A stretch of 61,860 bases of DNA from Ignavibacteriota bacterium (GTDB lineage: Bacteria > Bacteroidota > Ignavibacteria > UBA10030 > UBA6906), in NCBI GenBank assembly GCA_003157485.1, contig PMJQ01000184.1, positions 41,347-103,206 on the forward strand, written 5' to 3'. Positions within the stretch are counted from its first letter, which is position 1. The number at the start of each line of letters is the position of its first letter. The notes under the pieces are model-generated. The model did no database searches, was not told the origin of the DNA, and worked only from the letters and a program-made list of their open reading frames with translations. Of the stretch, positions 38,292 to 47,492 are shown in pieces. The translations under genes and the position numbers were made by a program.

Positions 38292-39761
38292 TCACGCCCC
38301 CTGCTGCGGGCGTGCCGGTCGGGAGACCTTCCAGGCGTAGAACACCGGAATCCCAACAAGAACTATGCCCAGCCCCGGCCACGTATATGCCGGTTTGAAG
38401 ATCAAAAGGTCTGCGGAAATGGCCGTTGCGGCGAGAATATACAGTGCCGGCAGGACGGGATATCCGAAAGCCCTGTACGGCCGTTCCGCATCTGGCTGTT
38501 TTCTCCGAAGTAGGAATAAGCCGGCGACCGTGAGGACATAAAAGAGAAGGACGGCAAATATCACATAATCCAGCAGGTCGCCGTACGTCCCCGAGAGACA
38601 GAGTAGCGAGGCCCATACCCCCTGGACGATGAGGGCGGCCCCGGGGACAGACCTCGCGTTGAGCTTCCCCGCGCTCCGGAAAAACACGCCGTCTTTCGCC
38701 ATTGCGTAGTACACGCGGGCGCCGGAGAGTATCAGCCCGTTGTTGCACCCAAACGTCGATATCATGATGAGGACGGCCATCACGACCGCGGCCGCCGGGC
38801 CCATGATCACCGACATCGCGGCGGTGGCGACCCTATCGGCCGCGGCGAACTGGATCCCGCGCCCCGCGGCGTCCGCCGCGCCGGGGTTTCCCGTCACGGG
38901 AAGGACGGCGATGTATGCGACGTTCGCAAGGATATACAGGAGCGTGACCGCACCGGTGCCGATCGCAAGGCTGAGCGGAATATTCCTGCGGGGGTTGACG
39001 GTCTCACCCGCCGTGAATGTCACGTTGTTCCAGGCGTCGCTCGAGAAGAGCGACCCTACCATCGCCACGCCGAGCGCTCCCAGGAGTGCAAATCCCGAAA
39101 TCGGCGAGGTTGACACTGTCCCTGCGGCGGCGCGGCTTGTCGCGGCGCTCCAGAACGAGCCCAGGTTTTCCCGGAAGACGCCGAGCGAGAAACCGGCGGC
39201 GAGCCCCAGGGCGATGAGCGCGAAGAGGGCGACCGTCTTGGCCGAGGTAAACGTGTTCTGGATCCATTTGCCTCCCACGATTCCGCGCGTGTTGATGAAC
39301 GTCAGAAGCGCGACGTTCAGTATCGCGACGAGTCTCTGGGCCGTGAGCCGGACGGGGCCTGCCTGGAACAGGACGTTCGTGTCTCCCAGTCCCGGAAAGA
39401 GGACCGCGGCGAATTTTGCAAATGCGACGCCGACCGCCGCGATGGTTCCCGTCTGTATGACGAGGAAAAACGTCCATCCATACAGAAAACCGACGAGAGG
39501 GTTATACGCTTCACGGAGGTAGACGTACTGTCCCCCCGCGTGGGGCATCATCCCCGCGAGCTCGCCGTAGGCGAGCGCTCCCGTCACGGTCATGAGCCCG
39601 GTGATAAGCCAAATGAGGAGGAGCCACCCGCCACCGCCGACCGTCCTTGCGATATCGGCGCTGACGATGAAGATTCCCGATCCGATCATCGACCCGACAA
39701 CGAGCATGGTCCCGTCAAACAGGCCGAGGGCCCGCCTGAACTCGCGCGGTGTCTCAGCCAC
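38292..39761 (-). CDS. APC family amino acid permease (LAT-like)
   Basis: GSMIGSGIF, ELAGMMP.AGG.Y.YLREAY and SGARVYYAMA.DG; ~12 TM. Confidence 0.9.
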   Translation of the reverse strand: MAETPREFRRALGLFDGTMLVVGSMIGSGIFIVSADIARTVGGGGWLLLIWLITGLMTVTGALAYGELAGMMPHAGGQYVYLREAYNPLVGFLYGWTFFLVIQTGTIAAVGVAFAKFAAVLFPGLGDTNVLFQAGPVRLTAQRLVAILNVALLTFINTRGIVGGKWIQNTFTSAKTVALFALIALGLAAGFSLGVFRENLGSFWSAATSRAAAGTVSTSPISGFALLGALGVAMVGSLFSSDAWNNVTFTAGETVNPRRNIPLSLAIGTGAVTLLYILANVAYIAVLPVTGNPGAADAAGRGIQFAAADRVATAAMSVIMGPAAAVVMAVLIMISTFGCNNGLILSGARVYYAMAKDGVFFRSAGKLNARSVPGAALIVQGVWASLLCLSGTYGDLLDYVIFAVLLFYVLTVAGLFLLRRKQPDAERPYRAFGYPVLPALYILAATAISADLLIFKPAYTWPGLGIVLVGIPVFYAWKVSRPARPQQGA

Positions 39762-39803
39762 GGGAACCTCCCGCGGGCCCGGTTCTGACGCCGCCGCGGC
39801 GGG

Positions 39804-41315
39804 TCATGCCTGCTTTGCCGCCTCCGCCCGGCGGAGTTTGGCGAGCACGCTGTGCCGGCGGCCGTAGCTGAAGTAGATGATGAATCCGAGGAGCAGCCAG
39901 ATGATCAGCCGCCACCAGTTTTCCTCCGGCAGGGAGAACATGAGTATGAGGCACGACACGATCCCCGCAATCGGGACGAACGGCACGAAGGGGGCGCGGA
40001 AGGGGCGCACAGCCTCGGGATGCTTCTTGCGCATGATCAGGACTGCGGTACATACGATCGTGAATGCCAGAAGCGTGCCGATGTTCGTCAGTTCCGCGAG
40101 TATGCGCAGGGGGAGGAACGCCGCCATAAGCGAAACGAACGCCCCGGTGAGCATCGTGGACTTGTAGGGGGTGCGGAATTTCTCGTGGACGGCGCCGAAG
40201 AAGGACGTGGGGACCAGCCCGTCCCGCGCCATCGCCAGGAGGACGCGCGGCTGGCTCAGCATCATGACAAGGAGGACCGACGTGATCCCGGTGATCGCCC
40301 CGACGTCGATGAGCCGCTGAGCCCACGGGAGCCCCACTTGCCTGAACGCGTCCGATACCGGCGCGTTGATGTTGATCTGAGCGGCGGGGATCATCCCGGT
40401 CAGCACTCCCGAAACGAGTATGTAAAGGACGGTACAGATAATGAGCGACGCGATGATCCCGATCGGGACGTCTTTCTGGGGGTTTCGCGCCTCTTCGGCG
40501 TGCGTGGAGACCGAATCGAACCCGATGTAGGCGAAGAAGATCACCGCGGCCCCGGCGAGGACGCCAAGGGGCGCGCCGTTGGCGCCTGTCTGACCGAAAA
40601 GCGACCTGCCGAAAAAGCTGATCCCGGTGAACCCGTACGGCGCAAAGGGATGCCAGTTCTTCGTGTCAATGTAAAAAGCGCCGACGATGATCACGAAAAG
40701 CACGATGGCGAGCTTCACCATCACCATCCCGGCGTTGAACCCGGCGCTTTCCCGTATCCCCTTGATGAGTATCGCGGTGATGATGAACGTGATGACGATC
40801 GCCGCGACATCGAAATAGGCTCCCGTGGGGAAGAAGCGACCGGTGCCAATGTCGAAGTCGAATGGAGCGTTCCCGAACGCGTAGGGAATATGGATGCCGA
40901 AACTCCCCAGGAGATCCTGGAAGTGGGCCGACCACCCGTGCGCGACCGTCGATGAACCGACCGCGTATTCGAGCACGAGGTCCCATCCGATGATCCATGC
41001 GAAGAGTTCGCCGAGCGTCGCGTAGGCGTACGTGTACGCCGATCCGGCCACGGGGACCATCGAAGCGAACTCCGCGTAGCAGAGGGCGGCGAATATGCAG
41101 GCGATCCCTGCAGCGGCGAACGAGAGAATGACTCCCGGGCCCGCCTTGTCGTGGGCGGCGACCCCCGTGAGGACGAATATCCCCGTCCCGATAACCGCGC
41201 CAACCCCCAGGCTCGTCAGCGTCACCGGGCCGAGAACCCGCCGCAGCCTGTTTTCACCTTTCATCTCCTCGAGCAGCAGACTCAGGGGCTTCCTCTCGAA
41301 AAGCGGGTTTCCCAT
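39804..41315 (-). CDS. APC family amino acid permease (CAT-like)
   Basis: GVGAVIGTGIF, YAEFASMVPVAGSAYTY, FFAYIGFD and ELTNIGTL.AF. Confidence 0.92.
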   Translation of the reverse strand: MGNPLFERKPLSLLLEEMKGENRLRRVLGPVTLTSLGVGAVIGTGIFVLTGVAAHDKAGPGVILSFAAAGIACIFAALCYAEFASMVPVAGSAYTYAYATLGELFAWIIGWDLVLEYAVGSSTVAHGWSAHFQDLLGSFGIHIPYAFGNAPFDFDIGTGRFFPTGAYFDVAAIVITFIITAILIKGIRESAGFNAGMVMVKLAIVLFVIIVGAFYIDTKNWHPFAPYGFTGISFFGRSLFGQTGANGAPLGVLAGAAVIFFAYIGFDSVSTHAEEARNPQKDVPIGIIASLIICTVLYILVSGVLTGMIPAAQININAPVSDAFRQVGLPWAQRLIDVGAITGITSVLLVMMLSQPRVLLAMARDGLVPTSFFGAVHEKFRTPYKSTMLTGAFVSLMAAFLPLRILAELTNIGTLLAFTIVCTAVLIMRKKHPEAVRPFRAPFVPFVPIAGIVSCLILMFSLPEENWWRLIIWLLLGFIIYFSYGRRHSVLAKLRRAEAAKQA

Positions 41316-41346
41316 TGGACTCCTGTGGCGTGATGTGTGAATGAGG

Positions 41347-42015
41347 TCAGGACCCGGAGTGCGGACCGCCGGGGGCCGGGGACTCCCCCTTCTGGTGCAT
41401 TTTATGCTTGAGGTATTTGAGAAGCATCGGGAGGACCGAGAGGAACACGACGACAGCGATGACGTACTCGATCTTGTTTTCGATTCCCGGGATGCTTTTC
41501 CCGAGGAAGTAGCCGAGCAGGATCATGCTTGTGATCCACCCCGCGGCGCCTATGACGTTGAAGAGAGCGAACCGCCGGTACTTCATCTCCGCCACTCCGG
41601 CTACGACGGGGGCAAACGTCCGGACGAAGGGCATGAACTGAGCCATAACGATCGTGAAGCCCCCGTACTTTTCGTAGAATTCCTTTGTCTTCAGAAGGTG
41701 GTCGCGCCGGAACCAGCGTGACTGGGGACGGTTGTAGAGCGCGTGGCCCGCCCTGAGGCCGATAAGGTATCCCGTCCCATTGCCGCAGACGGCGGCCACG
41801 AACAGGAGCGGGATCAGGATGGCGGGATCAAGCTCGCCCGAGGCAAAGGCGTACAGACCGGCGGTCACGAGGAGCGAATCCCCCGGCAGAAAAAAACCGA
41901 TGAGCAAACCGGTTTCTGAAAAAACGATGACGAAGAGGCCTGCGTATCCCCCCCAAGTGACGATTTCCCGGAGGGTCGGCAATTGAGGAAGTATCGCCGT
42001 GAAGAGGTGTTCCAA
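41347..42015 (-). CDS. DedA/VTT family membrane protein
   Basis: VFSETGLLIGFFLPGDSLL..AG, QFMPFVRTFAPVVAG and M.YRRF..FN..GA. TTG start at 42015 is inferred. Confidence 0.9.
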   Translation of the reverse strand: MEHLFTAILPQLPTLREIVTWGGYAGLFVIVFSETGLLIGFFLPGDSLLVTAGLYAFASGELDPAILIPLLFVAAVCGNGTGYLIGLRAGHALYNRPQSRWFRRDHLLKTKEFYEKYGGFTIVMAQFMPFVRTFAPVVAGVAEMKYRRFALFNVIGAAGWITSMILLGYFLGKSIPGIENKIEYVIAVVVFLSVLPMLLKYLKHKMHQKGESPAPGGPHSGS

Positions 42016-42086
42016 ACGGTGGCCCTGATATGCGTGATTGTTGGCAAAGATACGATGTTTGGCAGTAAGACACAACGGGAATCTGG

Positions 42087-42187
42087 GAATCGGCGGTGCA
42101 GAATCGGCGGTGCGTGATCACGGTGGCGCGTGTATGGCGGTGCATGCTGTGCGGCGGTGTGCGCAAGATTTTTACTAGATTTTTACT
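42087..42187. repeat. Two tandem duplications in the divergent dedA/recG intergenic region
   Basis: GAATCGGCGGTGC at 42087-99 and 42101-13; AGATTTTTACT at 42166-76 and 42177-87. Confidence 0.7.
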
Positions 42188-42203
42188 GAGGCAAATCGAT
42201 GCC

Positions 42204-42232
42204 TTGACACTCCCCGGGCGGTGCAGTATCTT
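42204..42232 (+). promoter_or_regulatory. Putative recG promoter
   Basis: TTGACA-N17-TATCTT. Confidence 0.75.
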
Positions 42233-42241
42233 GCACGCGAC

Positions 42242-44503
42242 ATGCACTCCCCCGCTCATCCTTCCGACCTTTACTCCATCCCGGTGCAATTTGTCAAGGG
42301 GATCGGTCCCAGGAAATCCGCCCTGCTGGACAGGGCGGGCATAAGGACCGTCGAGGATCTGCTTCTTCACATCCCCCGCCGGTACATCGACAGGACGACC
42401 GTTCTCACGATTGCGCAGCTCCGCAGGGCGGCGGAGACGGGGACCGGGGAGCCGTCTCCTGCCGGGGAGAATTCCGCCGCCGCAGACACCCGCCGTGAGT
42501 TCACCGTCGTCGGAGAGGTGCGTTCCTTCCGCCTGCTCGGGTTCGGAGCGAAGTCCAGGTTCCTCCTCGTCCTCGGAGACCGGACGGGCTCACTGCAGTG
42601 CGTCTGGTTCGGCGGGGTGCAGTACTGGAAGAAGATGTTCAATATCGGTGAAACGCTGGCGGTGTCGGGGGAGCCCGGAATGTACGGGGGCGCCCTGCAG
42701 TTCGTCCATCCCGACATCGACCGGATGACGGCGCCCGAAGGGGGGGAAGAGGGGAGAGGGTCGACGCAGTGGGTAGACGCCCTGAACACCGGAGGGCTCG
42801 TCCCGGTGTATCCGTCGGGGCAGGAGCTTGCGCGCGCTGGGCTCGACAGCGGCGGATTCCGCAGGGTGATCGCCGGAGCCCTGAAAACGTACGGTGCCCT
42901 CTTCCCGGAGATGCTTCCCCTCGCCGTCACGGAGGCGCGGCGGCTTGTGCCGGCGCGCGTGGCGCTCCAGTCCGTCCACAGGCCCGCATCGCGGGGGGAT
43001 CTCGGCGAGGCGCTGCGGCGTCTGAAATACGAAGAGCTCTTCCGTTTTCAGCTCAAGCTCGCAATGAAGCGGCGCATGACGCGCGAAGAATCGGGAGGGA
43101 TCGCGTTCACCGTGAAGTCCCGCCTGGCGCGTTCGCTCGTGGATTCGCTTCCCTTCGTGCTCACACGCGCGCAGGTCCGCGTCGTGCAGGAAATCACCGC
43201 GGACATGGCGTCGCCGCACGTCATGAACCGGCTCCTCCAGGGCGACGTCGGAAGCGGGAAGACCGTCGTCGCGCTTATCGCCATGCTGATCGCGGCCGAT
43301 AACGGGTACCAGTCGGTCTTCATGGCGCCCACGGAGCTCCTTGCCGAGCAGCATTTCAGAACCCTCCGGCGGCTCCTGGCCGGCAGCCCGGTTGCAATCC
43401 GCCTTCTCGTCGGCGCGCAGCGGAGCGCGCTCCGGCGGGATGTTCTCGAAGATGTCCGCGCGGGCACTGCGCAGATCATCGTCGGGACCCATGCCCTCTT
43501 CGAGAAGGATGTCGCGTTCGCGCGGCTCGGGTTCGTCGTGATCGACGAGCAGCACCGTTTCGGGGTCATGCAGCGCGCGACGCTGCGCGGGAAGGGGGCG
43601 AATCCCGACGTGCTCGTGATGACGGCGACGCCGATTCCGCGAACGCTCTCACTGACGCTGTACGGCGACCTCGACGTGTCGGTGCTTGACGAACTCCCCC
43701 GCGGAAGGAAGCCGGTGACGACGGTGCTGAAGAGCGATGCGGACATGGCGTCGGTCGCGGCGTTCGTCCGCGAACAGGTCGCCGCCGGGCGCCAGGCGTA
43801 TTATGTCTACCCGCTCATCGAGGAATCGGAGACGCTCGACCTCAAAGCAGCGACCGTGCATTACGAGCGGCTCCAGAAGGAGATGTTTCCCGGCCTCAGG
43901 CTCGGCCTGATCCACGGCCGACTTCCGGGAGAGGAGCGCGACGCGGTGATGGGGCGCTTCGCGCGCGGCGACATCGACGTCCTTGTGGCGACGACGGTCA
44001 TCGAGGTGGGGATCGACGTGGGCAACGCCACCGTCATGGTGATCGAGAACGCGGAGCGGTTCGGACTTTCGCAGCTTCATCAGCTCCGCGGCCGCGTCGG
44101 ACGCGGGAGCGACAGCGCGTTCTGCATTCTCGTCGCAAAAAAGTGGATCGCAGGGAGGGCGGGACGCGCCGCCGCGCGCGCACAGACGCCTGCGGCGGAT
44201 CAAGGCGCGCTTGCGGAACGCCGGCTTGCCGCCATGGTGACGACGTCGGACGGATTCAGGATCGCCGAGATCGATCTTCAGCTCCGCGGTCCCGGAGATT
44301 TCTTCGGCACGCGGCAAAGCGGCGTGCCGGAATTCAGAATCGCGGACATCATCGCGGACGCTCCGCTTCTCGACGAAGCGCGCGTCGACGCGTTCGCGAT
44401 CATCGAGAGCGATCCGATCCTCGCGCGCGCGGAACACCGGCCGCTCCTCGCATACCTCCGCTCGCGGTACCACGACGAGATGAAGTTGCTTGATGTCGGA
44501 TGA
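42242..44503 (+). CDS. recG: ATP-dependent DNA helicase RecG
   Basis: KGIGP, RLLQGDVGSGKT, IDEQHRFGV.QR, MTATPIPRTL, ERFGLSQLHQLRGRVGR and DLQLRGPGDFFGTRQSG. Confidence 0.97.
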   Translation: MHSPAHPSDLYSIPVQFVKGIGPRKSALLDRAGIRTVEDLLLHIPRRYIDRTTVLTIAQLRRAAETGTGEPSPAGENSAAADTRREFTVVGEVRSFRLLGFGAKSRFLLVLGDRTGSLQCVWFGGVQYWKKMFNIGETLAVSGEPGMYGGALQFVHPDIDRMTAPEGGEEGRGSTQWVDALNTGGLVPVYPSGQELARAGLDSGGFRRVIAGALKTYGALFPEMLPLAVTEARRLVPARVALQSVHRPASRGDLGEALRRLKYEELFRFQLKLAMKRRMTREESGGIAFTVKSRLARSLVDSLPFVLTRAQVRVVQEITADMASPHVMNRLLQGDVGSGKTVVALIAMLIAADNGYQSVFMAPTELLAEQHFRTLRRLLAGSPVAIRLLVGAQRSALRRDVLEDVRAGTAQIIVGTHALFEKDVAFARLGFVVIDEQHRFGVMQRATLRGKGANPDVLVMTATPIPRTLSLTLYGDLDVSVLDELPRGRKPVTTVLKSDADMASVAAFVREQVAAGRQAYYVYPLIEESETLDLKAATVHYERLQKEMFPGLRLGLIHGRLPGEERDAVMGRFARGDIDVLVATTVIEVGIDVGNATVMVIENAERFGLSQLHQLRGRVGRGSDSAFCILVAKKWIAGRAGRAAARAQTPAADQGALAERRLAAMVTTSDGFRIAEIDLQLRGPGDFFGTRQSGVPEFRIADIIADAPLLDEARVDAFAIIESDPILARAEHRPLLAYLRSRYHDEMKLLDVG

Positions 44504-44544
44504 GACCGGCGTCACCCTCCGGAGGTCAAAAACGCACTTTCTTC

Positions 44545-44572
44545 TTGACAACAAAGCGAAAATGCTTATATT
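44545..44572 (+). promoter_or_regulatory. Putative promoter of the ATP-grasp/GNAT/KamA operon
   Basis: TTGACA-N16-TATATT. Confidence 0.7.
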
Positions 44573-44581
44573 AACACACAG

Positions 44582-44659
44582 ATGATCAGTGAGTCGAACA
44601 GTTTGGAGCTTTTCTGGATCCTTCGTCACCACAGGTTCCTTCTTTCTCGGAGACGTTAG
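44582..44659 (+). CDS. Candidate leader peptide (uORF), 25 aa: MISESNSLELFWILRHHRFLLSRRR
   Basis: ATG lies ~3 nt after the predicted +1. Five Arg codons in the last 11 (CGT, AGG, CGG, AGA, CGT). The TAG overlaps the ligase's N-terminal beta strand in another frame. Confidence 0.4.
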   Translation: MISESNSLELFWILRHHRFLLSRRR

Positions 44660-45837
44660 CTCTCCTCTACAACGTAAAGTCGGAAGCTCCACCTCACTCA
44701 GATGCCGGCATCGCCCGCGCGAAGTCACCTTCCTCCACCGCATCTCGTTCCGCTTCAGCCGTTGATCATCCCGTTGATCATCCCGTTGATCATCCCGTTG
44801 ATCATCAAGGAGCAGCACCGTCGCTGGAGACGGTTGATGCGTCCGCACGCGTGAACGATCTGTTCGCCGAATGGGATACCGCGGACACCGTCACGGCCGT
44901 CAGGGATGCTCTCGCCGGGCGGTACGACGTTACTATGATAGAAGCGGACGAAGACGCATACGAAAAACTGCGTAAAATAAGGCCGTTTTTCGCTTTCAAC
45001 ATCGCGGAAGGACTTTACGGTCCCTCGCGTGAAGGGCAGGTCCCCTCCATGCTCGAGATGCTCCGCATCCCGTATCTCGGCTCTGATCCGCTGACGCTTG
45101 GGATTTGTCTCGTCAAGTCGCGCACAAAAGAGGTTCTCTCGTATTACGGCGTACCGACCGCGCCGCACGCCGTCATCGCGTCGATGGACGAGTGCCGCGA
45201 TTTGCAGATCGGGTTTCCGTCGATCGTTAAGCCGCTTCATGAAGGATCGAGCAAGGGGATCTACGACTCCTGCGTCGTGCGCACCGCCGCGGAGCGCGAA
45301 CGGGAAGTGGAGACCGTTCTCGGGACGTACGGCGAGCCCGCGCTTGTGGAGGAATTCCTCCCGGGCCGGGAATTCACCGTGGCCATGATGGGGAACGGCG
45401 ATGGGCTCCGTGTCCTCCCGGTCGTCGAGATCAATTTCGACGCCCTTCCCCCCGGCGCCAACCCGATTTATTCCTACGAGGCGAAGTGGATCTGGGATAC
45501 GGTCGAACGGCCTCTTGACATCTATGCGTGTCCTGCTCCCCTGGACGACCGGCTCCTCGGCGGTATCGAGAGGCTCTGCCGGAAGACCTATACAGTTCTC
45601 CGCTGCCGCGACTGGACGCGCATCGACCTCCGCTGCGACGCGGCGGGGAAACCCCGTATCATTGAAGTCAACCCCCTCCCGGGCATCCTCCCCAGGCCCG
45701 AGGACAATTCCTGTTTTCCCAAAGCGGCCCGCGCCGCGGGGATGACCTATAACGGGCTCATCAACTCAGTCCTTGATATCGCCATGACGCGATGCGGGAT
45801 CCCTGTCCGGGACGGTCGGCACGCGGTGCCCGCGTGA
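44614..45837 (+). CDS. Ddl-like ATP-grasp ligase 1 (non-canonical); start unresolved (CTG 44614 proposed; ORF track starts at 44851)
   Basis: Frame open from 44593, containing LALLYNVK (compare IAILYNE in the paralog), FNIAEG, VKPLHEGSSKG, EEFLPGREF, YEAKW, RID and EVNPLPG. Confidence 0.8.
   Translation: MDPSSPQVPSFSETLALLYNVKSEAPPHSDAGIARAKSPSSTASRSASAVDHPVDHPVDHPVDHQGAAPSLETVDASARVNDLFAEWDTADTVTAVRDALAGRYDVTMIEADEDAYEKLRKIRPFFAFNIAEGLYGPSREGQVPSMLEMLRIPYLGSDPLTLGICLVKSRTKEVLSYYGVPTAPHAVIASMDECRDLQIGFPSIVKPLHEGSSKGIYDSCVVRTAAEREREVETVLGTYGEPALVEEFLPGREFTVAMMGNGDGLRVLPVVEINFDALPPGANPIYSYEAKWIWDTVERPLDIYACPAPLDDRLLGGIERLCRKTYTVLRCRDWTRIDLRCDAAGKPRIIEVNPLPGILPRPEDNSCFPKAARAAGMTYNGLINSVLDIAMTRCGIPVRDGRHAVPA
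44759..44806 (+). repeat. Four perfect tandem copies of CCGTTGATCATC
   Basis: Read directly; in the ligase frame it encodes VDHP-VDHP-VDHP-VDH(Q). Confidence 0.97.
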
Positions 45838-45889
45838 AGAACTGCGTGGCAGAATGAGGCGAACGAAACAGGCGAAGCGAGATCACCCT

Positions 45890-46999
45890 ATGGCCAGAAA
45901 AACCCGCATTGCGATTCTCTATAATGAACCCGTCGTCGGCACCGAGGCGGGACGGAAGTACATCGGGGAGAACGGAAAGCTGCAGGAAGGTCCGCTCCCG
46001 GTCCGTGCGCCGAGAACCGCCCGCGGCAAGACGCTGGCGACGCAGGCCCTCATTGATCTCTCCGAGATCGGGGTTGTGGAGGAAATGGAGGACATCAAGT
46101 CCGCCCTCAATTCCCTCGGCTACCGGACGACGATATTCAACGTGGACAGCAACTTCTTCAGGCTCATCGACTACCTTCGCGACGACCGCCCCGACCTCGT
46201 CTTCAATCTCGTCGAGAGCGTCGAGAACGAATCCGCGCAGGAAATGAATGTGGCGGGGGTCTACGAGCTGATGAACATCCCGTTCACGGGTGCAGGTCCG
46301 CTCGCCCTGGGGACCGCGCTGAACAAGCCCAGGGTCAAGGAGATCCTCGCCGCGCACGGGATACGGACCCCCCGGTTTATGGTCTTCGGCATCAAGGATA
46401 GGGTGGCAATGCAGGACGGCATGACGTTTCCTCTCATCGTCAAACCGGCGCATGAAGACGCGAGCGTCGGCATCGACGACTGCTCCGTCGTGTACAATCT
46501 CGCCGATCTCCGGAAACGCGCGCGGTTCATCCAGACGGAATACGACCAGCCCGCGTTGGCGGAGGAATACATCGACGGGAGGGAGCTGAACGTCGCGATA
46601 CTGGGGAACAAGCCCCCGGTCGCACTGCCGATATCGGAGATCGATTTCTCCGGACTGACGGACGACATGCACAAGATCGTGAGCTACGAGGCGAAATGGA
46701 TACACGGCACCGTGGCCTATGAAGGGACGAAGGGGGTCTGCCCCGCGGTGCTCCCCGCACAGCTCGAAGCACGGATCAAAGAAACGGCGATCCGCGCGTA
46801 TTCCCTCATCGGCTGCCGCGACTATGCGCGCGTGGATTTCCGGCTGACAAAAGACGGGATCCCGTACGTTCTCGAAGTCAATCCGAACCCCGACATCTCC
46901 GATGACGCGGGATTCGCCCGCTCCGCGCGCTCGCAGGGCTACACGTTTTCGGAGATTGTGGGGAGGATCGTCGAGTCGGCGCTGGAGCGGAGACCGTGA
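45890..46999 (+). CDS. Ddl-like ATP-grasp ligase 2 (non-canonical)
   Basis: IAILYN, FNLVES, PFTG, VKPAHEDASVG, EEYIDGRE, YEAKW, RVD and EVNPNPD. Alternative start at 45854. Confidence 0.85.
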   Translation: MARKTRIAILYNEPVVGTEAGRKYIGENGKLQEGPLPVRAPRTARGKTLATQALIDLSEIGVVEEMEDIKSALNSLGYRTTIFNVDSNFFRLIDYLRDDRPDLVFNLVESVENESAQEMNVAGVYELMNIPFTGAGPLALGTALNKPRVKEILAAHGIRTPRFMVFGIKDRVAMQDGMTFPLIVKPAHEDASVGIDDCSVVYNLADLRKRARFIQTEYDQPALAEEYIDGRELNVAILGNKPPVALPISEIDFSGLTDDMHKIVSYEAKWIHGTVAYEGTKGVCPAVLPAQLEARIKETAIRAYSLIGCRDYARVDFRLTKDGIPYVLEVNPNPDISDDAGFARSARSQGYTFSEIVGRIVESALERRP

Positions 47000-47466
47000 T
47001 TCGCCCGCTCGGCCGCGAAGACCGCGGGCCGCTCAGGGATCTCGTTGTGGCGACGGGGGTGTTCACGGATGATGAGGTGGAGATCGCGCTGGAGCTTATC
47101 GATATAGTCCTCAATGATCCGGGGCAGAAGGACTACATCATCCGTGTGTACGAAGAGGGGGGAAAGGCGGCCGGCTACTATTGCGTGGGGCCGACGCCCG
47201 CGACGGAGGGGACGTTCGATCTGTACTGGGTGGCCGTCGACCCTGCACTGCACGGACGGGGGATTGGCCGGGCGCTGGACGATCACGCATGCGCGCTGAT
47301 TCGGGGGATGTCGGGGCGGCTTGTCATCGCTGAAACGTCGTCCCTTCCCCGCTACGGGCCGACGAGGGAGTTTTACCGGCGGAGGGGATACAGTGAGGTT
47401 GCGAAAATTGCGGATTATTATAGGCCGGGGGATGACCTCGTCGTCTACGGCAAATATCTGAAATAA
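46996..47466 (+). CDS. GNAT family N-acetyltransferase
   Basis: LYWVAVDP..HGRGIG acetyl-CoA motif and FYRRRGY; GTGA overlap with ligase 2. Confidence 0.9.
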   Translation: MIRPLGREDRGPLRDLVVATGVFTDDEVEIALELIDIVLNDPGQKDYIIRVYEEGGKAAGYYCVGPTPATEGTFDLYWVAVDPALHGRGIGRALDDHACALIRGMSGRLVIAETSSLPRYGPTREFYRRRGYSEVAKIADYYRPGDDLVVYGKYLK

Positions 47467-47492
47467 CCTGAAGGGGAGGATCAAAGGTACGA

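Noticed and set aside
44579-44760. Known riboswitch (lysine, SAM-I, TPP) in the ligase leader
   Set aside because: No conserved core sequences of these families were recognised; an Rfam cmscan would be decisive.
44614-46999. Calling the two ligases ddl or van resistance ligases
   Set aside because: They lack the GGxSxE motif and omega-loop Tyr, are outside a mur/dcw cluster, and have no vanH, vanX or vanRS.
46996-47466. Calling the GNAT ablB
   Set aside because: It is a single 156-aa GNAT domain, much shorter than AblB as recalled, and orthology cannot be shown by eye.
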